A DNA stretch of 64,000 nt. Origin: Heterodontus francisci (lineage: Eukaryota). The DNA is taken from contig NC_090375.1 of NCBI RefSeq assembly GCF_036365525.1, positions 112,985,460-113,049,459 on the forward strand, in the 5' to 3' direction. The notes below the pieces were generated by a model that saw only the letters and a program-made list of their open reading frames with translations, did no database searches and was not told the DNA's origin. The stretch's first letter is position 1. The number at the start of each line of letters is the position of its first letter. Shown here piece after piece: positions 37,530 to 51,046 of the stretch. Made by a program: the position numbers and the translations under genes.

Positions 37530-38651
37530 TCTGATGATGCTACCTTCCATGACAGCGCTTCTGATATGTCTTCCTTTTTCCTCAACCAAGGACTCCCCCC
37601 CACTGTTGTTGACAGGGCCCTCAACCGTGTCCGGCCCATTTCCCGCACCTCTATCCTCACCCCTTCCCCTCCCTCCCAGACCCGTGACAGGGTTCCCCTT
37701 ATCCTCACTTTCCACCCCATCACCCTCCATATCCAAAGGATCATCCTCTGCCATTTCCGCCACCTCCAGTGTGATGCCACTACCAAATGCATCTTCCCCT
37801 CCCTTCCCCTGTCAGCATTTCGAAGGGATCGTTCCCTCTGCGACACCCTGGTCCACTCCTCCATTACCCCCACCACCTCGTCCCCGTCCCATGGCACCTT
37901 CCCCTGCAATTGTAGGAGGTGTAATACCTGCCCATTTACCTCCTCTCTCCTCACTATCCCAGGCCCTAAACACTCCTTTCAAGTGAAGCAGCGATTTACT
38001 TGTACTTCTTTCAATGTAGTATACTGTATTTGCTGCTCACAATGTGGTCTCCTCTACATTGGGGAGACCAAACGCAGACTGGGGACCGCTTTGCAGAATA
38101 CCTCCGCTCAGTCCGCAAGCAGGACCCTGAGCTTCCGGTTGCTTGCCATTTAAACACTCGCCCCGCTCTCATGCTCATATCTCAATCCTGGGCTTGCTGC
38201 AGTGTTCCAGTGAACATCAACGCAAGCTCGAGGAACAGCATCTGATTTACCGATTAGGCACACTACAGCCTGCCGGACTAATCATTGAGTTCAATAATTT
38301 CAGAGCATGACAGGCCCCCCATTTTACTTTTATTTTTAGTTATTTTTTTCTTTTTTACATTTTTTACATTTTTTTTGTATGTTTATTTCATTTCATCTTA
38401 GCTTGTTCAGTTTGCCTACCCACTTTTTTTTTCATTGTTGTACTTGCTGCTGTTCAATTTTCAGTCTGTTAACACCCTATCTGTACTAATGCTTTGTCTT
38501 TCAACACACCATTAACATATTGTTTGCCTTTGCTCCATGACCTTTTGGTCAGCTATTCTGTCGCCTTGTCCAATCTACACCTTCTCCTTTGTTATCTCTT
38601 GCCCCACCTCCGCTTTACTTGCTTATAATATTTGACATTTCTAATATTTGC

Positions 38652-38690
38652 CAGTTCCAAAGAAGGGTCACTGACCCGAAACGTTAACTC
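38652..38690 (+). ncRNA. Minimal hammerhead ribozyme-like motif (this copy G5A)
   Basis: CAGTT-CCaAAGA-A-GGGTCA c TGACCC-GAAA-CG-TT-AACT. Confidence 0.65.
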
Positions 38691-40989
38691 CGCTTCTCGC
38701 TCCACAGATGCTGCCTGACCTGCTGAGTATTTCCAGCATTTCCTGTTTTTATTTCAGATTTCCAGCATCCGCAGTATTTTGCTTTTATTTTAGTATATAA
38801 CACGTGCCTGGTATTAATTGTAAATATTTGTCCCGCCCCGGGAGGGAGCGTAAAAGGGACGTACCGCTGACAACGACTAACCCAATTGGTTTAAGGATGG
38901 CCGCAGGTAAAAAGGAAGACATAGAGCTCGATTGGGAACTGGAGGGGTCCCTAGTAAGATACCTAGGTGATAAAAACCAGAAAGTAATTGCAAAAATTAT
39001 TAGACAAGGTTGGAAACCAAGTGATCCGCCAGCAGAGCAAAAAACATGGTGAAACGTAAGAAACAAACAAAAAGAAGAAAAGCATTCATATTGATAATAC
39101 ACGCATCTGAAATGGAGGCCAAAGGCCAAAGGCCTCCATGGCTAAGTTTATGGCAGCGCAACATAAAAAGACTATGTTTTAGTGAAATTTCAAGTGAGTA
39201 AAAACTAGTTACTTTGTCTTTTGATTCGAATGTGTTAATGTTGGAAGCTTCCATGAATGAAATGAATGTCCTTGGGATGTGCAGTTTATGTTCTGTCGAA
39301 CTGACAGTCGTTAACTCTTTGTTGTCTGGCTTTAATGTTGAAAGCATGAGTCTGTTACTTGTTCTATTTTTACATGTGTATATTTTGTGGGAACCTTGAG
39401 TCATGTTTTGGTTGTGAACTAGTTGAACCTGTGTCTTCCTTGGCATCAGGACAGGGAGTTTAACACAGATTTTTGGTACTTGGAAATCAATCTTTCTAAG
39501 TTGTTTAAAATTGAATGAGTGAGGAAGTGATTATTGAGTATATTCCTTTAAATTTAAGATTGTACACTCAGGAATGGGATATAAACAATTGAATTATATT
39601 TTAAATTAAAGTTTTTATTTTTATTTTAAAGGTTGGTTTTGCAACTGTGAAAAGGCAATGAAAAATTTTCTAAGAGATAAGTTTCAGCCTTGAAGGTCTG
39701 ATGATGTCTGGCAGAAATCCAATTTAAAGTTCAAAGCACTGCTATGAGAAAGATTAAAGTTTGTGTAAGAAGCTGGTATTAAATCTTTTGTTGTAAGAAT
39801 GTTAAATAACTTCACCTTTCCTTTAAAAAAAAGCACATGCTATTCTGTTCTGTGTGTAGTTACTCAGCATTATAAGTTAATAAGTCTGAATTAAGTTTAT
39901 ACTATTAAGGTTAACTAAACTGTTAAGTTGAGAAAAACTTTGAAATGTTTATTGCCGTGAACTGGAATTTGGAATCATCTTGGTTGTATCAAAAAAAATG
40001 CTTGGATTAGAAACCTCTTCCAAATGATGCTAAAAGTTTGGGAACAATTGGAGTTTAATCTAAAATGCTGTCTTTTCGAATGGAGATGATTTCCTTTGAA
40101 GTTGATAATGTCACTAATGATTTTGTTGTTTTAAAACCCTAAGGATACCAAAAGAATAAAAAAGTTTAAACCTGGAGCCTAGTTCTTTTCAATCGGAAAA
40201 AAAAGTTATGTAAAGTGGCACAGCTGAGAATGTTTTGCTCCACCCCATTGGAGACAAGCAAAGAAATTAAACCCGCTGCAGCTATTGATTTTCCATTTAA
40301 TCCACCACACAATTTTTGCATTGCTGAGAGTAAAATTAACCCATTGGGCTTTGGGGCAGAGCCACAATGGATTCTGATGCCACAGCAAGAGATTCAGCAG
40401 CTTTAAGAATTTAAGAACATAACTGCAGACAACAAATGCCACAGCATCTGTTATCTATGAGATGAAGTGCTTGAGATGGAGAGATAGTTACAAGCACTTC
40501 TGTCTTTCGTGTAAAAAAAATGCAATACCACCAAATCTGGGCATAGAAAATTGGAATCTATAAATAAAATTAAATTGATATGAGTGGTTATCCAAAGTGC
40601 TCAAAGGGAAATTTATCTGACATTTAAGAGGACAATCAAAGTTTTAGAAAACAAAACAAAACAGTCTCGGTGGTTCCTAAGTATAAAAAGCAAAGTTTCT
40701 TTTGGGGAGTTATCAAACAGAACATTAATAAAACCTGTCACTCCAGCAACACTGCTATTTGCATTTGGAATAATTTGAGATATCGAAAATCCAGTGTAAT
40801 TTAGAAAGTTACTTTTAAGAAATTAAAATGTCATCTAAGATAGAGGATAAAAAAGCAGACAAAATATAGTAATGCCTGGAATCAAACGAGAATGTTTGTT
40901 TTCTGTTTTAAGGAATTATGAATATTGGACTGTAAAGGTTCTCCAGGGCTCAAAATGAAATAGAATTATAATTAATGGGATGTTTTTGC

Positions 40990-42252
40990 AAAAGCTGAGC
41001 ATCGGAGAGGTAATATGCTGGCCGACGAAGCAGCAAAACAAGCGACCAGCACGGAAGTGCCCCGGTCGGTAGCCGCAGCGACAATAGCACCCTGCGAAAT
41101 AAACATTGAACAGCTGCAGGCGGACGTCAGCACAAAGGAGGAGGAACATTGGACTAGGAAAGGTGCAGTAAAGGGGGGAGATGGAGTATGGAGAGAGGAT
41201 TTGTTGGTAGTAGCCCCTGACTGCATCCATTCAGAATTGTTAAAGATATACCACGGGCCCGACCATGGAGGGCGCGATAGTATGATTAGCAGGTTAAGCA
41301 AAGACTGGTGGTGGATCGGAATGGGAAAAGACGTGGCAAAATACTGTCAAAGATGCATAATATGCGGGCAACATAACCCAGGAAAGCCCATAAAGGTTAG
41401 AATGGCTCAGTCGCGACCAAAGGGTCCATGGAAAAACTTGCAGATAGATTTCACGAGCTCATTAACCAACAGCCGTGGAAAGACATATTGCCTGGTAGTA
41501 ATAGATCAGTTCACCCGATGGGTAGAAGCATTTTCCACCCGAGACTGCAGTGCGAAAACAGTGGCCCATATCTTTGCGTAAGATATAATTCCCCAATGGG
41601 GAGTCCCTCTCCAGATAGACTCTGATCAGGGCACCCACTTCACGGGAAAGGTCATGAAGGAAGCCTGCAAATTATTGGGCATCCAACAATGATTCCCCAT
41701 GCCATACCACCCTCAAAGCTCGGGGATGGTGGAACAGATGAACTGAACCCTCAAAACGACTCTCGGGAAAGACATTACAGAGACAGGACGGGGATGGGTG
41801 GATGTCCTCTCATGTATACTCATGCGTTTACGAGCAACACCAAACCGGACAACTGGACTAACCCCCTATGAACTTATGACTGGGCGCGCCATTCACCTGC
41901 CAGAGGGAATATCGACAGGTAGTGATCAACTAGGGCCAATACGAGACTGTATTTGGAACTATGTTCAACTATTAGACAGTCAGTTATGGGAGCTATGACA
42001 AGAGGTAAAGGAACAGCAAACCATAAGGGATCAGGAAGCTCAGAATAAGGGACTAGTAGAGCCGATACCAAAGGTTGGGGAACGTGTGTTTGTTCAGGTG
42101 GCGCCAGGATGGACAGGTTTTGCCCCACAATCGATCGGACCTTACGAGGTGATCATGACAAGTAATACGTGTGTATGCTTAGACATGAAGGGTAAAGGCA
42201 GGTGGAAACACTGGTCTCAGTTGAAAAAATATATTGAAAATTCATAATTTTA
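40990..42252 (+). pseudogene. pol: ERV pol remnant: RNase H C-terminus and integrase
   Basis: GNMLADEAAKQA; HHCC (HGPDHGG...CQRCIIC); LQIDF; IDQFTRWVEAF; IDSDQGTHFTG; YHPQSSGMVEQMN; TGLTPYELMTGR; GPY; WKHWSQLK. Confidence 0.92.
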
Positions 42253-42400
42253 GGATAATAGGCCTCAAGCCTAGTATCCCAAAAGTCTTACCCCAACTCC
42301 TAGGAGCTAGCAAAGGATTCAGTAACAGGAAAACATTGAACTAAACTAACCGCTGGTGACGACCAGCAATGTGTTTTATCCTGATCATATAGGTAACGGA

Positions 42401-44490
42401 ATGAAACTTTGGCATCTAAAATCTATCGCTCGTGACGACTGCTGTGGCTGTGGCCGTCAACGCGTTGAAGGAGGATGACAGATCGTAGAATACCAAGTGC
42501 CGTAACGGAAACTGGTTCAGGGGAGGACATCCGGATGACATCCTACCAGTAAAGATACATGGTCAATACCAGAGGCTAGAGAAAGGTGGATGGACTAGAT
42601 ATTCAATGTGGACCAATGTGTACGTCACTAGTGGACAATGGGTATGTATTAAATGCCCAAAGGAAGCCACCATCTTTGGTGTCTGGCCAAAGCCCCGAGC
42701 CAAGTTCACTGCATGGCAGTGTGATGATACAGACTGTAGAAACCGATCAACATGTGAGCAACCACACAATGATGAGTTGGGCTATTGGCTCTATTGTGAT
42801 GGAAAATATAAAGAGGGACAGAGCCTAATACAGTCCATGAGAGTAATCGGGCAAGAAGCACTTACCCACACAGTCACCCCCACATCTGAACTACCAACTC
42901 AGCAGTCACAAGTAACTGATCTCCCTTGCCTTACCTTAACTGCAGGACCAGAAAATGGGCTACTATTATTTACGGAAGGTGAACAATTGTATGATAATGT
43001 AAGACATGAAATTGTATCAGTCATAGTTAACCGATTAACGGTTGCCCAAATACTGTAAGACCTTTACACATTTAGTACAGTTGTACAGTAACCTGATGAA
43101 TGTTATGATAAAACAAGCACCTGATGCAACTGGTGCCACGCGCTTCAGAGGACATGCAGCATTCCATCGCAACAGGAGAGGCATAGTCAATGATATGGTA
43201 ACTGGGGTAAACACAGGGACTTCCCTGATAAATACCCTCAACATACAGATGGTACAATCAGAGATGGAATGAGGGCGGCACAGTGACGCAATGGTTAGCA
43301 CCGCAGCCTCACAGCTCCAGTGACCCGGGTTCAGTTCTGGGTACTGCCTGTGTGCAGTTTGCAAGTTCTCCCTGTGACTGTGTGGGCTTCCACCAGGTGC
43401 TCCGGTTTCCTCCCAAAGACTTGCAGGTTGATAGGTAAATTGGCCATTGTAAATTGCCCCTAGTATAGGTAGGTGGTAGGAGAATTGAGGGAAGGTGGGG
43501 ATGTAAGGGAATATGTGATTAATGTAGGATTAGTATAAATGGGTGGTTGTTGGTCGGCACAGACTCAGTGGACCGAAGGGCCTGTTTCGGTGCTGTATCT
43601 TTCTATGATTAAAGGGGGTATTACAGGGACTGATACAGAGAAGTAACCAGGCTGCTCAGGAAAGGACTATGGTAGGACAGCAGGCAGCTATAAGTTTGCT
43701 GCAGGGAATACGACTTATAGAAAGCCATGTGCATACAATTAATCAATTAAATGATAGGGAATACCAAGACGCTAAGGATGGGGTCAAAAGGGAATTGTGC
43801 CATGTCAATGGGTGACGGGTCAATTACGGCACAGTTTGGCACAGATACAGCAAGGAGAGGTACCGGACTGGATTAACAGCTCATGCCTCCACAATCTAGC
43901 CCAAAGTCCGGATTTAATAGATGTCTGTACCCTCAAAGGAATGACCAGGGTCTATCCAATGGTCCAAGAGTGCATGGTGGAGGTCACGCAGATGTTGCCG
44001 ATGGTACTTATGATCCCGGTAGTTATGCAAAATGTGCACCCATATCCCCAGTATCGGGTCGAAAACATTGGCCTGATCCGAGGCGACAAGTACCTCAGAT
44101 ATTACCCCATAGACACGTATGCTGTCCGGAAGAATGGAATGGTAAGGGGAGCATTGTTGAGTGGGTGCCGCTGAAAGGGGAGTATCACCTATATGTCCAC
44201 ACCCCGTGGGTTCGGGTATAAAGGACGAATGTGGCTACCACAAAACCAAAGGCTGCAAGCTAGAAATATCAACGTAGACCACCACTATACCCGTTCGGCA
44301 TATAGGGGTCAAGGAGAGTATTGCATCACCACCACCAAAGTCGAGTACTAATATGTAGGCCTCACCTGTAACATCACCATGCCAAACTTTTGCTTTAAGC
44401 CACGGGTCCTTGTCACCATCGGCTTTGCCCGAATGGTATATGTAAAACCAAGAGACCAGGTTGCCATCAATGTCACAGACCAGCTTGGGG
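42401..44490 (+). pseudogene. env: ERV env remnant, F-like class I fusion protein, split by an HE1 SINE and truncated before the TM anchor
   Basis: Signal-peptide remnant (LSLVTTAVAVAV), Cys/Trp-rich N-terminus, furin site RNRR|GIVNDMVTGVNTGTSLIN, heptad region, GEVPDWI, LMIPVV, YRVENIG, Cys-rich C-terminal part. Confidence 0.8.
43273..43608 (+). mobile_element. HE1-type V-SINE inserted in env
   Basis: Matches 19591-19947; the env frame continues across it (QSEME*|LKGVLQG). Confidence 0.9.
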
Positions 44491-44768
44491 AACGACAAGG
44501 GTAGCAAATGCATGTGAACACCACCAACTGCAAGTTCCCCTCCAAGCCACACACTATCCTGACTTGGAGCTATATGGCCGTTCTTTCACTGTCGCTGGGT
44601 CAAAATCCTGGAATTCTCTTCCTAACAGCACTGTGAGTGTACCTACACCCTAAGGACTGCAGTGGTTCAAGAAGGCAGCTCACCACCACTTTCACAAGGG
44701 CAATTAGGAATGGGCAATAAGTGCTAGCCTAAGCAGTGATGCCCACATCCCGTGAAAGAATTAAAAAT
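44491..44768 (+). mobile_element. LINE family B 3' end
   Basis: Matches 50650-50925. Confidence 0.88.
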
Positions 44769-45669
44769 ACTTGGGAGACAAACCTGCAGTCCTTAAAGGT
44801 AATTCTTATCTTTTTATTTATCTTACTGTGGAGCTGAGGGTGCTGCTCCTTGCGTAAAATGAAATTCACGGGATACTGCCAGTCACCAGTCACCCCTACC
44901 CCGTCCCCTGATCATCTCCCACGCTTCCCCGCACTGGACATTGATTACAACCATGACTGATGTGGGTAAAGCCAAATCTTGATCCTAAAGGTCACTGAAG
45001 AAGTTTCTTTCCATAATAGACTACAGATTGCCCATCATCAGTACCATTACAAGTTATGGAGACAATTTCACCTTTACTCAATGGGCATCGAATAATGACA
45101 TCAGAACACTACAAAAAACATCACCTAGCAAGACTGATCAACCCAGTTTACCAGTAGCAACAGGGAAAATGGATGCATCTCATTACTAGAGCAACAGTTA
45201 AAACTAGTACATTAATTATGACCAAACTATGAATGGGCAGGCCATAATATTTATATCTATACATATGTGTGTGTATATTGCTTATCTGAGCAAGTGTATG
45301 CATATATAAAAATTCTTACAACTACGTTCACTTTTTCTCTGCACAACTTGGCTTCCTGTTTTCACATTTTTGTGTTTTATCCATTATTAATTCATTTGTC
45401 CACATTTACAATGGGTTATGTCTATGTAAACTCATCACTATTATTGTGCAGTCTGACCACCAGATTCCCAGAAATTGTTCAAAATGCTTTCTCAAAATTT
45501 TGTCAGCCATTATTTTAGTGTCAGTGCTTGATATTTCTAAAGTTCTAATTAATGGTTAAACAAAATTGAGAAACCAAATTACATATTTCATAATAGCATG
45601 ATTAAATTAATCCATTGAATTGGCCCTGGTGTCTGTTAATCATTCATTAAAAAAGAAAGAACAAAAATG

Positions 45670-46050
45670 CTTCACAGCCAACTTTACTTAAAGTGTAGTT
45701 ACTGTTATAGTGTAGGATTTGTAGCAGCCAATGTGCACACAGCAAGATCCCACTAACAGCAATGTGAAAATAACCAGATAATCTGTTTTAGCAATGTTCA
45801 TTGAGTGACAAATGTTGGCCAGGGCACCAAGCAGAACTCCCTTGCTGTAAGTCAAGAGATGTCATGAGATCTTTTACATCCACCTAACAGAGTTTAACAT
45901 CTCATTTGAAAAGCAACACCTCCAACAGTGCAGTACTTCCCCAGTACTGCATTCATCTACCAGCCTAGATTATGTGCTCAAGTCTCTGGAATGGCGCTTG
46001 AACCCACAACCTTCTAACTCAGAGGCAAATGTGCTATCACTAAGCCGCAT
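45670..46050 (-). mobile_element. Deu-domain SINE
   Basis: Homologous to 23040-23432; tRNA-like head on the minus strand (gtgatagcac, ggttcaagc). Confidence 0.72.
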
Positions 46051-47414
46051 CAGACACCATTGTACTTCAAAAGCCTCAGTTTAGACTTGATGTCGATGCT
46101 GTAAACCGAATTTAGATAGTTTAGTCCAAGCATGAGCAGTGTACCTAATTTCAGGATGCATCAATTCTGTTCTGTCAGCTGCACGATTGAGTTTTTTCAG
46201 TTTCTGCTTCAATGTTTTTCAAAATTATTTAAAGAAAAGCTAGAGGACAAATTTTAACATTTTTATTGAGTGTTTTTTGTAAAAAGCTGCATGGGTTTCT
46301 TTTTAAATAATGTGTGTGTGAGTATGAATATGAGTATGACTATAAGCGATTGCAAAAAAGACGACTGATTCCACAGCTAATGTAGCTTTTATTTTGTATT
46401 CTATAAAATTCGGAGAGTGTACTAAGCTTGGATAGACAGGGTAGGGGGGAATGAAACTCCCGAGTGTCCACCATAACTTCACTGGAAATGCCACAGAAAG
46501 CCTGGAATAATAACATAAACATCACTTAAGCTGTTTTTCTGATGTTTCCCTGGATCTTCCACTGAAGTGAGTGAGAGAATCCCTGTTAAAATTCACATCC
46601 AAGGTTTGTAACATAATAATGATATTAAAAATTACCGCACTGAAATCCCAGGGAGTCCTGCAATGTGGTGTAATCTCTAGAGGGGGGCTTCAATTTGGAG
46701 CCAAACTTGGACCTGATGGGTTTACCTTTCAGTAACCACTCGCTAAAAATTGAGTATCAAAGGTGGGGGGGGGGGGGAGGGGGGGGCGCAATTGCTTCTT
46801 AAGCTCGTTCCCTTTATATCCTGTACTAACTTCAAGGGTGCGGGGAGGGGCAATGTCCAGACGTTATTCCCAGGCTACACTGGAAATTCTGCCCAACTGG
46901 CTCGTGTTAGGCGCAGTGGATCCCAAGATTGTGAAGAACAGGAATTTTTTGCATTCTAAACCACCCAAAGGCCCCAAAGGCAGAAAGGACCAAGCTTTCA
47001 ATTGGACATTTCCCCGTGGGGACATAATCTTTTTTTCATTGTTCGACTTCAGCCCATTAAGACCTTGGACCTCCCCCCTCAGAGTTTCTAGCAACAGAAG
47101 GGAGGGTTCCTTTGCTGTTCCTCTGCTTCCAGCAGTCCATTCTAAATATTTAATTAGCCCCATCCCAGGGATATGAGATGGTGCCAACATCCTTGCAAAG
47201 CGATGGGTTCAAGTCCGCCCCATCAAAAGACTCAGTGGAATTTTGGGCCCTACATATTTCACAGTAACATTATTTAATGCACCCATTTTTTTTTTTTGAG
47301 TACTTATATTGCCATTTTCGTTCAAAGGCCTCAGCCTCACTGAAAAGTCTTGTGCTGGAATTGAAAGGGGTGAATCGAGCTTTGCCTGTGACTGAAATTC
47401 CAAGATATATACAC

Positions 47415-48666
47415 AAACTTGATTGAATTTTTCGAAGAGGTGACTAGATGTGCAGATGAGGGTAAAGTAGTTGATGTAGTCTACATGGACTTCAGTAAGG
47501 TTTTTGATAAGGTCCCACATGTGAGATTGGTTAAGAAGGTAAGAGCCCATGGGATCCAGGGCAATTTGGCAAATTGAATCCAAAATTGGCTGAGTGGCAG
47601 GAGGCAGAGGGTGATGGTTGAGGGTTGTTTTTGCGATTGGAAGCATGTGACCAGTGGTATACCGCAGGAATTGGTGCTAGGACCCTTGCTGTTTGGAGTA
47701 TATATTAATGATTTAGATGTGAATATAGGAGGTATGATCAGTAAGTTCTCAGATGACACGAAAATTGGTGGTGTCGTAAATAGTGAGGAGGAAAACCTTA
47801 GATTACTGGACGATATAGATGGGTTGGTAAGATGGACAGAGCAGTGGCAAATGGAATTTAATCCTGAGAAGTGTGAGGTGATGCATTTTGGGAGCACTAA
47901 CAAGGCAAGGGAATATACAATGGATGGTAGGACCCTAGGAAGTACAGAGGGTCAGAGGGACCTTGGTGTACCTGTCCATAGATCACTGAAGACAGCAGCA
48001 CAGGTAGATAAGGTGGTTAGGAAAGCATATGGGATAATTGCCTTTATTAGCCGAGACACAGAATATAAGAGCAGGGAGATTATGATGGAGCTGTATAAAA
48101 CGCTACTTAGGCCACAGCTGGAGTACTGTGTACAGTTCTGTTCGCCACACTATAGGAAGGATGTGGTGCACTGGAGAGAGTGCAGAGGAGATTCACCATG
48201 ATGTTGCCTGGGCTGGAGCATTTCAGCTCTGAAGAGAGACTGGATAGGCTAGGGTTGTTTTCCTTAGAACAGAGAAGGCTGAGGGGGGACCTGATTGAGG
48301 TGTACAAAATTATGAGGGGCATTGATAAGTTAGATAGGAAGAAACTTTTTCTCTTAGTGGAGGTGTCAATAACCAGGGGGCATAGATTTAAGGTAAGGGG
48401 CAGGAGGTTTAGAGGGGATTTGAGGAAAAATATTTTCACCCAGAGGGTAGTTGGAATCTGGAACACACTGCCTGAAGGGGTGGTAGAGGCAGGAACCCTT
48501 GCAACATTCAAGAAGTATCTAGATGAGCACTTGAAATGCCATAGCACACAAGGCAACAGGCCAAGTGCTGGAAAATGGGATTAGAATAGATAGGCTTGAT
48601 GGCCAGCGCGGACATGGTGGACCGAAGGACCTGTTTCTGTGCTGCAAAACTCGATGACTCTATGAC
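47415..48666 (+). mobile_element. CR1 LINE 3' fragment
   Basis: FSDDTKIGG, IFTQRVV, (actctatg) tail; same subfamily as 58745-59994. Confidence 0.93.
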
Positions 48667-48916
48667 AATGTCACTCTGAGGGACTACTCATAGTGTACAT
48701 CAGTGACAATGTAGGTGTCACTCAGTTGGAATACACCTCTGAGTACACACTTAACGTCACCACTGTCTCCTCAGTTTTATTCAGTACTTAACTGGAAGGG
48801 TGAGGCTTACAAAAAGGAAGTCCTTTCTCATTCTGTTGTTGGCCAGTTTTGCTCTCAATTCTTTAAAAATTCTGGTGATTTCTGATGGACAATCAAAAAA
48901 TCTCTATCCCACATAT

Positions 48917-51046
48917 AGGGGGGAATTTTAACCAAAAGAAAGGGGCAGGTTTGTGTTGGGTAGGGATGGCTAAGTCTAAAAATCAGAATCCCAACACAAA
49001 ACCACCTCCAACCTGCCCATTTCTGGCTTTAACAGAGGCAGAAATGTGGGCGGGCGACCAATCCGCTCTAAGGAGGTGGGCTGGTACTTGAAGCATGATA
49101 ATGAGGTTACAAACCTCATTGTTATTCTACTTTCCAACTTTAACTCTGGATGGCAAATTTCCTGAACTTTGGAAAACATGGCAGCTACATCCAGACGAGG
49201 GCTTCCAGATAGGCTTACACCTATCTCCGGGATCCAGTGTACCTGCCTGGGCAACACCGCCCCGCACTCCCCCATACCCTCTCTCACCCCAGCCTTTCCC
49301 ACTAGGCCTCTGACCATCCCCCTGTCCCATCCCAACCCAGATGTCCAATCCCCATTCCAGACCTCCGATCATCCCCACCCTGAGGCCCCCACCTCCACCC
49401 TCCTGAGGCTTACAATTCCTTTCCCCCCAACTGAGGCTTCTGTCCTTACCCTCCTACCCAACACCTCCAACACAACCCTCCCCCGCAAGAAACAGGACCG
49501 CCCACCACCCGCCTCCATGTCAGGGCTCAGACTTATCTGGTCCTGCATCCATTTCTCCAGCATTCCCCACCCAACTGGAAGCCAAGCCTGTCAACCAACC
49601 TGTAAAGTGATGGAAGGTGTCATCAACAGTGCCATCAAGCAGCACTTGCTTAGCAATACCTGTTCAGTGACGCTCAGTTTGTGTTCTGCCAGGGCCACTC
49701 AGTTCCTGACCTCATTACAGCCTTGGTTCAAACATGGACACTCAAGAGGTGAGGTGAGGTGAGAGTGACTGCCCTTGACATCAAGGCAGCATTTGACCGA
49801 GTATGGCATCAAGGAGCCCTACTAAAACTGGACTCAATGGGAATCAGGGGGAAAACTTTCTGCTAGTTGGAGTCATACCTAGCGCAAAGGAAGATGGCTA
49901 TGGTTGTTGGAAGTCAATCATCTGAGCTCCAGGACATCACTGCAGGAATTCCTCAGGGTAGTGTCCTTGGCCCAACCATCTTCAGCTGCTTCATCAATGA
50001 CCTTCGTTCAATCATAAGGTCAGAAGTGGGGAATGTTCGCTGATGATTGCGCAATGTTCAGCACCATTCGCGACTCCTCAAATACTGAAGCAGTCTGTGT
50101 AAAAATGCAGCAAGAACTGGACAATATCCAGGCTTGGGATGATAAGCGGCAAGTAACATTCGCGCCACACAAGTGCCAAGCAATGACCATCTCCAACAAG
50201 AGAGAATCTAACAACCTCCCCTTGACATTCAATGGCATTACCATCGCTGAATCCCCCACTATTAACATCCTCGGGGCTACCATTGACCAGAAACTGGAGT
50301 AGCCATATAAATACCGTGGCTACAAGAGCAGGTCAGAGGCTAGGAATCCTGCGGCGAGTAACTCACCTCCTGACTCCCCAAAGCCTGTCCACCATCTACA
50401 AGGCACAAGTCAGGAGTGTGATGGAATACTCTCCACTTGCCTGGATGGGTGCAACTCCAACAACACTCAAGAAGCTCAACACCATCCAGGACAAAGCAGC
50501 CCGCTTGATTGGAACCCCATCTACAAACATTCACTCCCTTCACAACCGACGCACAGTGGCAGCAGTGTGTACCATCTACAAGCTGCACTGCAGCAACGCA
50601 CCAAGGCTCCTTAGACAGCACCTTCCAAACCCACGACCTCTACCAACTAGAAGGACAAGAGCAGCAGATGCATGGGAACACCACCACCTGCAAGTTCCCG
50701 TCCAAGTCACACACCAATCTGATTTGGAACTATATCGCCGTTCCTTCACTGTCGCTGGGTCAAAATCCTGGAACTCCCTTCCTAACAGGACTGTGGGTAT
50801 ACCTACCTCACATGGACTGCAGCGGTTCAAGAATGCAGTTCACCACCACCTTCTCAAGGGCAATTAGGAATGGGCAATAAACGCTGGCCTGGCCAGTGAC
50901 GCCCACATCCCATGAATGAATTTTTTAAAATGACGTCTGGGCGGGGAACCTGTCAGTGTTGTCACAGGCAAACTCCGATTTCTGAATTTCCCACATGATA
51001 CTGGGCCCTCACCCCTTCCAGCAGGTCAAAAAGGTAAAATTCCCCT
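48917..51046. mobile_element. Probable MITE (Harbinger-like ends) interrupted by LINE B
   Basis: Inverted ends ggggaattttaacc (about 48920) and ggtaaaattcccct (51033-51046). Confidence 0.5.
49601..50925 (+). mobile_element. LINE family B 3' half (RT)
   Basis: ALDIKAAFDRVWHQG, PQGSVLGP, MFADDC, tail catgaatgaa. Confidence 0.9.

Larger units (their letters stand above)
32213..38790 (+). mobile_element. Penelope-like element copy 2 (32213-32794 and 37528-38790), inserted in the ERV leader and split by a CR1
   Basis: Near-identical to 3920-5948; TSD taatatataacac / tagtatataacac (32200-32212 / 38791-38803). About 210 bp of RT is lost at the interruption. Confidence 0.9.
31619..44490 (+). mobile_element. 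Decayed endogenous retrovirus (lokiretrovirus-like): 5' LTR, PBS, gag start, RNase H end/integrase, env; 3' end missing
   Basis: LTR plus tRNA-Ser PBS; leader rejoins across the Penelope TSD; retroviral-type integrase and furin-cleaved env downstream. Confidence 0.8.
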
